The notes: generated by a model from the letters alone, not told the origin. A stretch of DNA of 64,000 nucleotides from a virus (IMGVR_UViG_3300002055_000003:1-64000); one strand, 5' to 3'; shown: positions 30,141 to 39,886, numbered from the stretch's first letter. Made by a program: numbers and translations.

Positions 30141-30720
30141 GATATATCACTCACCACGAGTGGTCAGATGAGGGCGATCATTTATTAATCGGTCATTATC
30201 AGTGGAAACTACATAACACTGATCAGGTGCAGTCGAGTTGCAAGGCCCGTTATCGTAACCCATAAAGGATTGGGAGCGTTAATGGATATCCGAAGTAAAT
30301 TACTGATACTGGATACGAACTAAAATTCGTTATCAAATGAGAGTTGTTTTGCTAAGTGGAAGTGTGGGTGAAACAAACACAAATGGCCTATAAATGCGTC
30401 CACCACTACGTTAAAGTTGAGCCAGATTAATGCACATATCGAATCAACTGGGGAGAAAAAAGTTTTGTCTTAATTATTTAAAGACTAAGACAAATCTAGG
30501 ATTTAGAGTTTATTGAAATGTGAGGTACGAACATTGAATAAAAACTCTAAAGTCCTGCATATTGTCAGCGAAGCGGTTAAACAATATGCCATAACTATAA
30601 ATGTTAGGCTATTTTAGATTTAAGGGGAATTGCGTCTGGGTTATTTGTAATAGCCACTTCGTGGAGTTGTGATGCATTTTTCTCAGGGAAACCCTTCGAA
30701 CAAATACACCAAACTGGAGT
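30141..30720. other. Non-coding, hairpin-dense region: large structured ncRNA or origin-associated DNA structure
   Basis: No ORF >=60 aa; at least ten inverted repeats, including a ~23-bp interrupted stem at ~30498-30556. Confidence 0.6.
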
Positions 30721-30738
30721 TTTTTGATTTAGGGGTTG

Positions 30739-30747
30739 TGGTAGAAT
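30739..30747 (+). promoter_or_regulatory. Extended -10 promoter, 6 nt before the pth2 ATG
   Basis: TG-G-TAGAAT; no SD after it. Confidence 0.5.
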
Positions 30748-30753
30748 ACATTT

Positions 30754-31164
30754 ATGGATAAATTAAAAATAAAACAAGCTATCGTAGTTCGTAATGACTT
30801 AAGATCAAAACTTCGTCATGGAAAACTTGCATCACAAGTTTCACATGCATCAATGGCAGCATTTTTAGATGGGATGAAAATTGAACCGAAACATTCTTCG
30901 TGTTTTCATTTACTCACATTAGAAATGGAACATGCTAGAACTGAATGGATTTCTAACTCATTTACTAAAATAATATTAAGGTGTGATGATGAAGATTCAA
31001 TCTTGAGATTGAATGATGAATGTATTAAAGGTCGATATCCACATGCATTAATCACAGATGCAGGAAGAACAGTATTTCAAGAACCAACAATTACATGTCT
31101 GGGTATTGGTCCACTTCCAGAAGAAATTTTATATCCATTAACAGGCCATTTAAAGTTATATTAA
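30754..31164 (+). CDS. pth2: Peptidyl-tRNA hydrolase, Pth2 family
   Basis: KQAIVVRNDL...GKLASQVSHA, TKIILR, ITDAGRT, TCLGIGP motifs. Confidence 0.92.
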   Translation: MDKLKIKQAIVVRNDLRSKLRHGKLASQVSHASMAAFLDGMKIEPKHSSCFHLLTLEMEHARTEWISNSFTKIILRCDDEDSILRLNDECIKGRYPHALITDAGRTVFQEPTITCLGIGPLPEEILYPLTGHLKLY

Positions 31165-31185
31165 GTTTCGTTTCGTTTCGTTTTG

Positions 31186-31194
31186 TGATATAAT
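31186..31194 (+). promoter_or_regulatory. Extended -10 promoter, 6 nt before the helicase ATG
   Basis: TG-A-TATAAT preceded by (TTTCG)x3; no SD. Confidence 0.65.
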
Positions 31195-31200
31195 TCCTCA

Positions 31201-33849
31201 ATGGAACTTAATCAAGAAATAGCAAAATACTGGGTAGGTGGTGATGATAAACCGCCTAGAAAGGCTCAAATAGAAGCACTGAATTGGCTTGTCGAAAATA
31301 AACACAAGAAATATTTGTTCTTAGAAGCTCCTGTGGGATGCCATCAAAAGAATACAGATATACTAATGTACGATGGGACTTTTAAAAAAGTTCAGAACAT
31401 TGTTATTGGTGATCAATTAATGGGTCCAGACAGTGAACCGAGGAATGTATTGAGACTAGTATCAGGTGATGATGTTATGTATCGAGTCACACCCACTAAA
31501 GGTGATTCTTTTGTTGTCAATCAACATCATGTATTGTCTTTAAAAACAACACCAACTGGTAAAGGCGGGTTTCAACATAATAATGATGTGGTGAATATTT
31601 CAGTTAAAGACTTTCTTCAAAAATCAGATTATTTTAAAAATAATATTAAGTTATATAGAACTAATGCTCTCTCATTCCGAGAAACATGCCAATCATCTAC
31701 AATCGATCCTTATTTTCTTGGTATATTACTTGGGGATGGCACTTTACATAATGGTGTTGGTGTTACAACTATAGATGAAGAAATTAAAGAAGTTGTATAT
31801 GATGAAGCTCTCAAATATAATCTTCAAGTGAGGATTAATGAAAAAACTGATACAGACGCAGTTACATTATACCTTACATCGGGTTATCTTGGAGGAAGAT
31901 CGGATAAAAATCAACTGATTAACGAACTTCAAGAATTAGATTTATATGGAACAAAATGTCATGATAAGTTTATACCTCATGTATACAAGACTGCTTCAAT
32001 AAAATCTCGAAGAAGTCTATTGGGTGGTTTAATAGATTCAGATGGTCATCTCAGTACCGGTTGCATTGAAATAGTAAGTAAATCTGAGCGCCTTCTAGAT
32101 GATATAATCTTCATTTGTCGAAGTCTAGGGTTAGCAGCATATAAATCTATTAAAATAGTTAATGATGTCAATTATTTTCGAGTTTCTATTTCTGGTGATA
32201 TGGAAAATATTCCATCAGTTTTAATCAGAAAAACACAGACTAAAAGAAGTCAGAAAAAACGAGTAACTGTCACTGGATTTTCATTAACTGAATTGACAAT
32301 AGATCGCTATTATGGATTTACCGTAGATTCTGACAATCTTTATGTGATGGGAGATTTTACAGTAACCCATAATTGTGGTAAATCAATGGTTGGTATGACA
32401 TTTTCTCGTTATATGAAAAATCATGCTTATGCACTAACTCCACAAGTTATCTTACAACATCAATATGAAAATGATTTCGAATCAGATAAGACGCTGAACA
32501 TGGCATCTTTATATGGCAAAGCTAATTATACTTGTACAGAAAAGCATGGGTTAAGTTGTGCAGTTGGTTCTGTTGTTAAACCACGTTGTGCCAATTGTCC
32601 TTATGTAAATGCTCGTGATGCTGCTGTTTCTGCCAACAATACTGTTATGAATTATAAAATGGCATTATCCGCATGGAAATACACTAAAATTTTCAAAAAG
32701 GATGATGAACCAGTTGTTCGCAAATTATCTATTTGCGATGAAGGACATACATTAGAAAATCACTTAGTTGGTTTCGATTCAATACAAATCACTGATAAGT
32801 GGTGTACGGATCATCTATTACAAATGCCAAATAAAAATACACGAGATATTAAGGTAATGGTAGATTTTCTTCGGTCTGATTATTATTCTTCATTAGTTGA
32901 AGCATATGATCACTTACTTACTGAAGTTGAATTAATGAAAGGTACAGAAGATGTTCGAATGGTTGCAAAGAAAACAAAAGAATTGAAATTCATAGAGAGT
33001 CAAATCAATACATGCACTTCAATCTTAAAGGCTTCTATGGATGATATTGACCGGGATTATGTTATGGTTGAAACGCAATTTGGTGTTGAATTGAAGCGAC
33101 TGTATGGACATTATTCTTTTAAGAACATCATGGAACCCACTGCAAGACAATTTTTGTTTATGTCATCTACATTTCTTGGCAAAAAAGAATGTTGTGATGA
33201 ATTAGGACTGAATCCTGATGATGTTGCGTATATTTCAATTGATTCTGAGTTCGACCCTGATAATCGCCCAGTTGTGTTTATGCCTCGAATGAAAATGAAT
33301 TATAAGTGGAAAGATGATTTTAATAAAAAGAATCGAAAAAAGATGATAGATACTATTGTCGAAATTGCAAAAATGCATGAAGGAGAAAATGGCATTATCC
33401 ACACTGGAAACTTTGCAATTGCTGAATGGTTGGTTGAAAACCTATCTACTAAAACACATGAGTTGGTACATCACAATCCGGGCACTGAAATGAATCGCAA
33501 TGAAGCTATTACATACTTCCTAGACGAATCAACAACACCTGCAATTTTGATTTCGCCTTCCAGTACCGAAGGGCTTGATCTAAAATATGATTTAGGTGGG
33601 TTTGCGATTTTTGCCAAAATTCCATTTGGAAATATGGGTGATGCATGGATTAAGAAGCGAATGACTATATCAAATGAATGGTATCAGCGACGTGCCATCA
33701 TTGATATTATTCAAGGTTGTGGTCGAATTGTTCGTACTCCTGATGATGAAGGAACAACCTACATACTGGATGAATCGTTTGGTTACTTATACAATCAGAA
33801 TAAGAAAATCATTCCGCAATGGTGGAAAGATGCATATCACGAAGTGTAA
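31201..33849 (+). CDS. DinG/YoaA/XPD-family SF2 helicase with probable FeS cysteines, intein-containing
   Basis: Q motif PRKAQ; Walker A EAPVG|CGKS; LYGKANYTC...SC...C..CPY cluster; DEGH; EGLDL; IIQGCGRIVR. Confidence 0.88.
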   Translation: MELNQEIAKYWVGGDDKPPRKAQIEALNWLVENKHKKYLFLEAPVGCHQKNTDILMYDGTFKKVQNIVIGDQLMGPDSEPRNVLRLVSGDDVMYRVTPTKGDSFVVNQHHVLSLKTTPTGKGGFQHNNDVVNISVKDFLQKSDYFKNNIKLYRTNALSFRETCQSSTIDPYFLGILLGDGTLHNGVGVTTIDEEIKEVVYDEALKYNLQVRINEKTDTDAVTLYLTSGYLGGRSDKNQLINELQELDLYGTKCHDKFIPHVYKTASIKSRRSLLGGLIDSDGHLSTGCIEIVSKSERLLDDIIFICRSLGLAAYKSIKIVNDVNYFRVSISGDMENIPSVLIRKTQTKRSQKKRVTVTGFSLTELTIDRYYGFTVDSDNLYVMGDFTVTHNCGKSMVGMTFSRYMKNHAYALTPQVILQHQYENDFESDKTLNMASLYGKANYTCTEKHGLSCAVGSVVKPRCANCPYVNARDAAVSANNTVMNYKMALSAWKYTKIFKKDDEPVVRKLSICDEGHTLENHLVGFDSIQITDKWCTDHLLQMPNKNTRDIKVMVDFLRSDYYSSLVEAYDHLLTEVELMKGTEDVRMVAKKTKELKFIESQINTCTSILKASMDDIDRDYVMVETQFGVELKRLYGHYSFKNIMEPTARQFLFMSSTFLGKKECCDELGLNPDDVAYISIDSEFDPDNRPVVFMPRMKMNYKWKDDFNKKNRKKMIDTIVEIAKMHEGENGIIHTGNFAIAEWLVENLSTKTHELVHHNPGTEMNRNEAITYFLDESTTPAILISPSSTEGLDLKYDLGGFAIFAKIPFGNMGDAWIKKRMTISNEWYQRRAIIDIIQGCGRIVRTPDDEGTTYILDESFGYLYNQNKKIIPQWWKDAYHEV
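31339..32373 (+). mobile_element. Class 1 intein with LAGLIDADG endonuclease, 345 aa
   Basis: CHQKNTDILMYDG start, VTHN|C end; YFLGILLGDG and LGGLIDSDG. Confidence 0.93.
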
Positions 33850-33886
33850 TTTGATAAATAATATTTTGATGACGGAGTGATTAAAA

Positions 33887-34147
33887 ATGTTATTGACTGA
33901 GATTTTAGGAACAAAATTTAAAGAAGAACGAAAGAAGCGCGTTGTTCCTGCACCAAAAGTTAATCCAGCTAAAATAGCATCTGAATACCGTAAAGTGAAG
34001 GCTACTGGTGAAAATCAAGACCATTCTGATCGATTGTGGCGCGATTTAGTAGGTGCTGTTGGTGAAGACAAAGCAAAAGCATTAGTATCCCAACAAAACT
34101 CAATCAAGAAAGATTCTCAAAAAGACGTATGGGGTACTGGCGTTTAA
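33887..34147 (+). CDS. Small basic late protein, probable internal head protein
   Basis: TAAATA at 33855, GGAG SD, MLLTE N-terminus. Confidence 0.55.
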   Translation: MLLTEILGTKFKEERKKRVVPAPKVNPAKIASEYRKVKATGENQDHSDRLWRDLVGAVGEDKAKALVSQQNSIKKDSQKDVWGTGV

Positions 34148-34220
34148 AGTTTGTGAGTTGAAACACATTAAAAATTAATTTTCGTTTGTATAATTATCGC
34201 ATACACAACGGAGATATAAA

Positions 34221-34601
34221 ATGTCAATTCTAAATCAAATCGTTTCTTTTGTTAAATTTGCACTTGTTTCGTTCATAATTCTCATGTTTGCCTTTTTCTT
34301 CATGGGGTATATCGAGGCAAATAATCTAGTTGATAAAAATATTCACCACACACTGAATATTGTAAATGATAGATACACTCCAGAATTCATATATTCAGAT
34401 GAATATTGGACTAAGCGTGATAAGTTTTATACGCTTAAATGCCCGATTGCAGATTCTGTAAACAGAAATATTTGTGCTGAATCTCGTGAGTTATCACATG
34501 AAGAATATATTAATGATCGATACGATTCACTGTATGAAAGAATTGAAAGAATTGAAAATGGAAGTCCATTCGATATTCGACGATGGTTTTCTATGGTTTA
34601 A
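34221..34601 (+). CDS. Hypothetical membrane-anchored protein
   Basis: N-terminal TM segment FALVSFIILMFAFFFMGYI; GGAG SD; TATAAT upstream. Confidence 0.7.
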   Translation: MSILNQIVSFVKFALVSFIILMFAFFFMGYIEANNLVDKNIHHTLNIVNDRYTPEFIYSDEYWTKRDKFYTLKCPIADSVNRNICAESRELSHEEYINDRYDSLYERIERIENGSPFDIRRWFSMV

Positions 34602-34843
34602 TAAACTGGATACATTGAATCCTTTTGAGCGTCCAATCGCTTCTTGATAAATCTTGACATTGCATCACGCTCACCCGGTGTTCTACGCATCATTTCTTCA
34701 TATGTCACCGCACCGCGCATGAAATAACAAATGCTGATGACGCTTTCAATAACGTTTTCAGCATTTTTTTCCAGCGATCTTATATATTTCCTAATTCGAT
34801 CTGGGTCTTTGGTGCGTAATATTAGGAAAAGAGTGCTAAAGGG
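34598..34843 (-). CDS. gp51-like baseplate/tail assembly chaperone extension in the -1 frame of the gp26-like gene (absent from the ORF track)
   Basis: 81-codon frame PFSTLFLILRTKDPDR...YFMRGAVTYEEMMRRTPGERDAM...YPVY opens exactly at heptamer CCCTTTA; first ATG only at codon 42. Confidence 0.75.
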   Translation of the reverse strand, partial: PFSTLFLILRTKDPDRIRKYIRSLEKNAENVIESVISICYFMRGAVTYEEMMRRTPGERDAMSRFIKKRLDAQKDSMYPVY

Positions 34844-35694
34844 TTAGTTGGTAACTCAACTGGAAATTCTTCAGAACAATCTCGACATTTAACTGTGAAT
34901 TTTGTATCTACTCCCCATGAACCCATTTCACTGATTGAATTATTAATCTCTCTTACAGTCACCGGAGATACAATCTCTAGCCACTCTCTAACCATTTTTT
35001 GATCAGCAACTTCATCAACCGATAAAATCATATCAGATAGTTGATCTAAAAGTAATATATTCTGTTCCTCAGCATTAATGGGGGCGTCTCCATCCTTCGC
35101 AATAAGTTGCATTAACTTTGCATATGATTTAAATCTCATTGGTTGCATTTTGACAATTTGTGAGTTTTCCAATTCAATTCTATATGTTGATGATAGTGTT
35201 GATGGGTCAATTTCTTTTGTTTTTGCTAACATCTTACCAAGATTGGTTTGAAATGACTGTTTTCTAATGGGCACTCCTTCTTCACGCTCAGCCTTACAAT
35301 CTTCGTGAATTTGTTCAAAATCAAATGTAGCACCGTAAGACACCTTACGAAGACATAATAATAGGAAATCAACATCCTGAGCTAATAATTCATAAGGAGC
35401 CTTGACTGCTGGTACACAGCGACTAATGACTTCAGCGACTCCCTCTCCAGAAAACAATTTGGCGGGAGATGTTATTGTGATTTCATCCATTGAAGTCATT
35501 GGATGGACGTGAACCTCACCATCTTCAACATCGTCAGATAATTCACCATTGGTATAGAAAATACCACACGAAGGAAGACGCACTGTTTCACCGGGCAATC
35601 TAGCTCGTTCTAAAAGTGGATTTATCGGTTTATCTGAGCTGACTTCTTTTAATACTCGCGGAATTTCAATTTCTGGATCAACACTATCGTTCAT
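34822..35694 (-). CDS. Baseplate hub assembly chaperone, T4 gp26-like
   Basis: VRLPSCGIFY, HPMTSMDEI, DVDFLLLCLRKVSYG, C-x2-C; adjacent to tape measure. Confidence 0.8.
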   Translation of the reverse strand: MNDSVDPEIEIPRVLKEVSSDKPINPLLERARLPGETVRLPSCGIFYTNGELSDDVEDGEVHVHPMTSMDEITITSPAKLFSGEGVAEVISRCVPAVKAPYELLAQDVDFLLLCLRKVSYGATFDFEQIHEDCKAEREEGVPIRKQSFQTNLGKMLAKTKEIDPSTLSSTYRIELENSQIVKMQPMRFKSYAKLMQLIAKDGDAPINAEEQNILLLDQLSDMILSVDEVADQKMVREWLEIVSPVTVREINNSISEMGSWGVDTKFTVKCRDCSEEFPVELPTNPLALFS

Positions 35695-35717
35695 ATTTTA
35701 TCATCTCTCATTTTTTC

Positions 35718-35745
35718 TAAATACGGTAATAATCATGAATATTTA
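35718..35745. promoter_or_regulatory. Face-to-face late promoters for tape measure (+, 35718-23) and gp26-like (-, 35745-40)
   Basis: cTAAATA on both strands in the divergent intergenic region. Confidence 0.6.
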
Positions 35746-35769
35746 GTTGTTATGTAAAAGGATGGTTTT

Positions 35770-38136
35770 ATGGCAAATGCCGATCAAGTATTGAATACAG
35801 AATTGCGAAAAGTAGCCAATGAATTAACAACATTGGTTGGAATTATGCGTGCTCAAAATGGTGGTGATTCAAATGGCGGTTTTGGTGGAGAGACACAAGC
35901 TCGTAGTGGGTTTGTAGACGGTCGTTCCCAAGATACTGCCAACAAAAAGGCAATGAAGGAAGATAAAGCTGCTCACGATAAAATACGCGATGAGTTGGCA
36001 AAAGATACGTCTGAATTAGGACAGGCATTTTCTGTTGCTGCTGGTTCAATTGAATCAATTAACAATCTTATGAGTGCGAGTGCTGAAACTCAAGCAGAAA
36101 AATATGCAGAGATTTTAAACACTGCTACATCCGATGCTGATTTCAACCATCGAATGATACAACAATTTGGATTTACTATTAAACGTGGGTCTATGACTGT
36201 TGAAGAGTTCCAAGCAAAGATGGAAGAACTTGGTGAGGTTGTGGAAGAAAACGTTGAACAATTAAATAAATCAAATCAATCATTTGCTGAACATACACGC
36301 GAACTTTTTAATAATAATAAAGCTCTTGCAGGATTTGTTACCGCTTTAAAATTGGCAGGTGCTGAGGCTTACGATGTTGCCGTAGCTGCTGCATCAACTG
36401 GTGGTGAAGTAACATTATATCAAATGAAGCAAGCTAGGCTACTTGGTATGTCACATGCTGATTTGATTAAAGTTACAGCGCAATATAAACAAACAATGGG
36501 TGCTGCTGGTATGGGCACAGATGCATTTACCGAGTTAATGGCAGAAAATTCAAGAAAGATGGTTGGGTTTACTGGTAGTTTACAATCAGCTGGTGAATTA
36601 GCACTTAAATCATCTGAGTTATATAGATTATCTGGTGGGCAAACTGAAGAAGGATTGCGTGAATTCATAAGTGATGCCAATGAAAGATTTATCGATTTTC
36701 AAAAAACAACAGGCGGAACGGTTGATCAATTTAATGAATTAAATTTAGCATTGAGAAATAGTTCTTCAACACAAACCGCTATGTATAAAATGTCGCTAAG
36801 CCAACGTAAGTTAGCAATGGAAGAGATGCAAAATCGAAGACAGTTATTAATAAACGATGGTTTACGCGCAGATCAAGCACAGGCGGTTGTTGATGCAATG
36901 ACAGCAGCACAGGGTGGAACTGCCAAAGATCGACTTAAGAACGCTGCAAAACTTCAAGCATCACTCGGTGCTATGGGCATGGGAGCACAGGGAGCCGAAG
37001 CTGCTGATATAATGCGAAAAGGTAATCGTGCATCAGAAGGTGAAAAGAAACGCTTACAAGAGATCATGTCTCAAGCTAATATGGAAGCTGGCCGACGAGG
37101 TGGTGGATCACTTCAGGCAGAAATGGTGCAAGATCATATTAACGGATTGAATCCACTACTTGGTCCAGATAGTCCTTTTGTTGCTGTTGTAACTCAACTG
37201 ACAAACAAGTTAAACGAAAATACCCCACCACCTGACGAGCCAGCTTGGTTAGATAAATGGATAGATCGAGTTGTTGGACTTGGTGATATAATAAACAACG
37301 GCAAAAATGATAACTTAGTTAAACTGTTTCTTGGAGCATTTAGTGCAGCACTTACTTTAATGTTTCCTCGAATAATTGCTAAGTTATTCAAAGGTGTGGC
37401 TGGAATTTTAGGGAAGGTAGGCACTGCATTTAGAGTTCTTACTTTGGTCGCTGGTAAAATTTTAGCACCAATAGCAGCTTTGGGAGCTTCTTTTTACGTT
37501 GGTTGGCAAATGGGCACAAAAATTAATGATTATATCAATGAAAAATTTCCAGAAATTGGTCACAAGATTGGAGAAATAGTATTTAATATAGTCGAGGGAG
37601 TGAAAGGCATTTGGAATTATGCTTCTGATTTTGTAAAAGGTATCCCAAATATGTTTGCAACTGGACTTACTAATACTGTCGGCGTTATTGGTGATTTTTT
37701 TAGATCAATTGGTGATATTTTTGGTGCTGGGTTTAAATACCTCAAGGATAAAGCATTTGCAATATTTGATGATACCATAGAAGCTACTACCGACGCATTT
37801 GATGCAGTAGTAGGAGGCGTAAAGAATACATTTAATGAAACGGTTGATTTTTGGACGCCAGATAGATTTAAATCATCAAGTGATGAAATACAGACTCAAG
37901 CCACCGAACTAGCTAAAGTTCCTGAACAAATTAAACATTCAGCAGAAGCTGAGGAAGCAGTAAATCAGTTAATTGCAGATGGGATTAATAAATTGATTAG
38001 CTTAAATGAAGCTGGAAATAGATATATCGCAGAAACTAATGCAAAAATGGAAGAAGCCCAGAAATTAGAAGAAGAAAATGCAAAAATGACAGTAGAAGCT
38101 ATCGAAGCTACCACATCAGTTATACCAGTTCGATAA
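35770..38136 (+). CDS. Tape-measure-like protein
   Basis: Ala/Gly/Gln-rich helical ORF with amphipathic repeats and TM-like segments; next to the chaperone gene. Confidence 0.7.
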   Translation: MANADQVLNTELRKVANELTTLVGIMRAQNGGDSNGGFGGETQARSGFVDGRSQDTANKKAMKEDKAAHDKIRDELAKDTSELGQAFSVAAGSIESINNLMSASAETQAEKYAEILNTATSDADFNHRMIQQFGFTIKRGSMTVEEFQAKMEELGEVVEENVEQLNKSNQSFAEHTRELFNNNKALAGFVTALKLAGAEAYDVAVAAASTGGEVTLYQMKQARLLGMSHADLIKVTAQYKQTMGAAGMGTDAFTELMAENSRKMVGFTGSLQSAGELALKSSELYRLSGGQTEEGLREFISDANERFIDFQKTTGGTVDQFNELNLALRNSSSTQTAMYKMSLSQRKLAMEEMQNRRQLLINDGLRADQAQAVVDAMTAAQGGTAKDRLKNAAKLQASLGAMGMGAQGAEAADIMRKGNRASEGEKKRLQEIMSQANMEAGRRGGGSLQAEMVQDHINGLNPLLGPDSPFVAVVTQLTNKLNENTPPPDEPAWLDKWIDRVVGLGDIINNGKNDNLVKLFLGAFSAALTLMFPRIIAKLFKGVAGILGKVGTAFRVLTLVAGKILAPIAALGASFYVGWQMGTKINDYINEKFPEIGHKIGEIVFNIVEGVKGIWNYASDFVKGIPNMFATGLTNTVGVIGDFFRSIGDIFGAGFKYLKDKAFAIFDDTIEATTDAFDAVVGGVKNTFNETVDFWTPDRFKSSSDEIQTQATELAKVPEQIKHSAEAEEAVNQLIADGINKLISLNEAGNRYIAETNAKMEEAQKLEEENAKMTVEAIEATTSVIPVR

Positions 38137-38186
38137 TGCTTTTTATTTTTTGCTAAATATACTGATAGATTAAGAGAAATCAGTTA

Positions 38187-39821
38187 ATGGCAAATTTTGA
38201 AACATTTTTTAAGATCGTACAGCCGGAACCCGGTCAAGTAGAAATTGATTCAAATCAAGATTTTACTGCCGCCACTACATATGCAAATAGTTCGTGGTAT
38301 CAAAACCTTGTAAAAGGTTCACCCTCTAGGCAGATACAATATCAACAATACTCCGTTATGGATCAGGATGTCGAGGTGACTCGCGCATTGAATACTATTG
38401 CAGAGGAAATGACAGGTAATGACCCAAAAACAAATGAGCCGATTAACATTGAGTTATTAACAACCGATAAGTCAAAGTATGATAGTACAGAAGTAATCAC
38501 TATTAAAGCAGCGTTGGCTCGATGGGGTGATATTCATAATTGGGAAGAGAAACTATTTAATGTTTGTCGAAATACCATTAAGTATGGTGATGTGTTTTTT
38601 CGCAAAGACCCAACTCGGTTTGATAAGAAATGGGAATATATAAATCCAAAAAACGTTGTTTCTGCTGTAGTAAATCCAAAAGATGCAACACACATCATTG
38701 GATGGCAAATTCGAACTGCAATTAAAGATGTACGAGCGTTAAATTCTGTACAAAAACCTGTTCATCAGAATGGATCAGAAAACGGAACTGTGTTAGTGCC
38801 TGCAAGTGAAATTGTTCAATTTACATTAAATGATGAAATGTCAGACTCTGCTCCTTTTGGAGAATCTGTTTTGGCATCTGTTTATAAAGCACATAAACAA
38901 AAAGAATTACTAGAGGATGCGATTATTATCTATCGAGTTCAGCGTGCCCCAGAACGTCGAGTATTCTATATTGATACTGGAAAAATGCCACCGCAAAGAG
39001 CAAAGGCACATCTAGAGCAATATAAAAATGAAATTCGTCAGAAAAAAATTCCTTCCTTCGGTGGTGGTAAGCAAGTTGTTGATAGTGTTTATAACCCACA
39101 AAGTATGAATGAAGATTTTTTCCTAGCTGTTCGTCCAGAAGGACGTGGTTCTAGAATTGAATCATTACCCGGTGGAGCATCGACTGGTGAAACAAACGAC
39201 TTGGAATATTTTCGTGATAAAGTTTGGGAGGGACTGAACGTTCCTGTTTCTTATATGATGGGTGCTGATAAAGGTGGACAGGCGTTTGGAGATGGTAAAA
39301 CTGGCCTTGCGTATATCCAAGAACTTCGCTTCGCACAATTCGTAGGTCGTTTGCAAAGAAATATCGAAAACGTACTTGATTATGAATTTAAGAAGTTTTT
39401 GAAGATAGCTAAAATCAATATTGATCCTTTGATGTATCGATTGCGATTACCATCACCATCAAACTTTGGTATATATCGACAACAAGAGCTTGATGGTAGT
39501 TTATTGAGTCAATATGGTGGCGCTGATGGTATTGAATATCTTTCCAAGCGTTTTGCTATGAAGCGTTATTTGAAATTGACCGACGAAGAGATTATAATGA
39601 ACGAGCGAATGAAGCGTGAGGAATTGGGAATTGCACTTGATGACAATAGCCCTGCTGCGATTGGCAAGTTATATGGTGAAGCTACTGAAGAACCAGAAGC
39701 TGGTTTTGGTGGTGAAACTGTTGATACTACGTCTGGAACTGAAGATTTGCCTGATGAGGGTGGAGGTGAAGGTGAGGGTGCTACAGCTGACGGCGCTACA
39801 GAAGAACCAGCTGAGACATAA
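38187..39821 (+). CDS. gp20: Portal protein, T4 gp20-like
   Basis: LLEDAIIIYRVQRAPERRVFYIDTGKMP, SMNEDFF, RGSRIESLPGG. Confidence 0.97.
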   Translation: MANFETFFKIVQPEPGQVEIDSNQDFTAATTYANSSWYQNLVKGSPSRQIQYQQYSVMDQDVEVTRALNTIAEEMTGNDPKTNEPINIELLTTDKSKYDSTEVITIKAALARWGDIHNWEEKLFNVCRNTIKYGDVFFRKDPTRFDKKWEYINPKNVVSAVVNPKDATHIIGWQIRTAIKDVRALNSVQKPVHQNGSENGTVLVPASEIVQFTLNDEMSDSAPFGESVLASVYKAHKQKELLEDAIIIYRVQRAPERRVFYIDTGKMPPQRAKAHLEQYKNEIRQKKIPSFGGGKQVVDSVYNPQSMNEDFFLAVRPEGRGSRIESLPGGASTGETNDLEYFRDKVWEGLNVPVSYMMGADKGGQAFGDGKTGLAYIQELRFAQFVGRLQRNIENVLDYEFKKFLKIAKINIDPLMYRLRLPSPSNFGIYRQQELDGSLLSQYGGADGIEYLSKRFAMKRYLKLTDEEIIMNERMKREELGIALDDNSPAAIGKLYGEATEEPEAGFGGETVDTTSGTEDLPDEGGGEGEGATADGATEEPAET

Positions 39822-39886
39822 AAAACGCACATTTTTATAAGCTATAAATAATATTATAAGTAATATATTATTTGGAGAAAGTACAC

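Noticed and set aside
30141-30720. tRNA, tmRNA, RNase P RNA, group I/II intron or hammerhead
   Set aside because: TCCACCA at ~30400 lacks a T-loop and full acceptor stem. AAAGTCC lacks the GAGGAAAGTCC context. No P7 or domain V consensus and no interrupted flanking exon. CTGAAGA has no downstream GAAA core.
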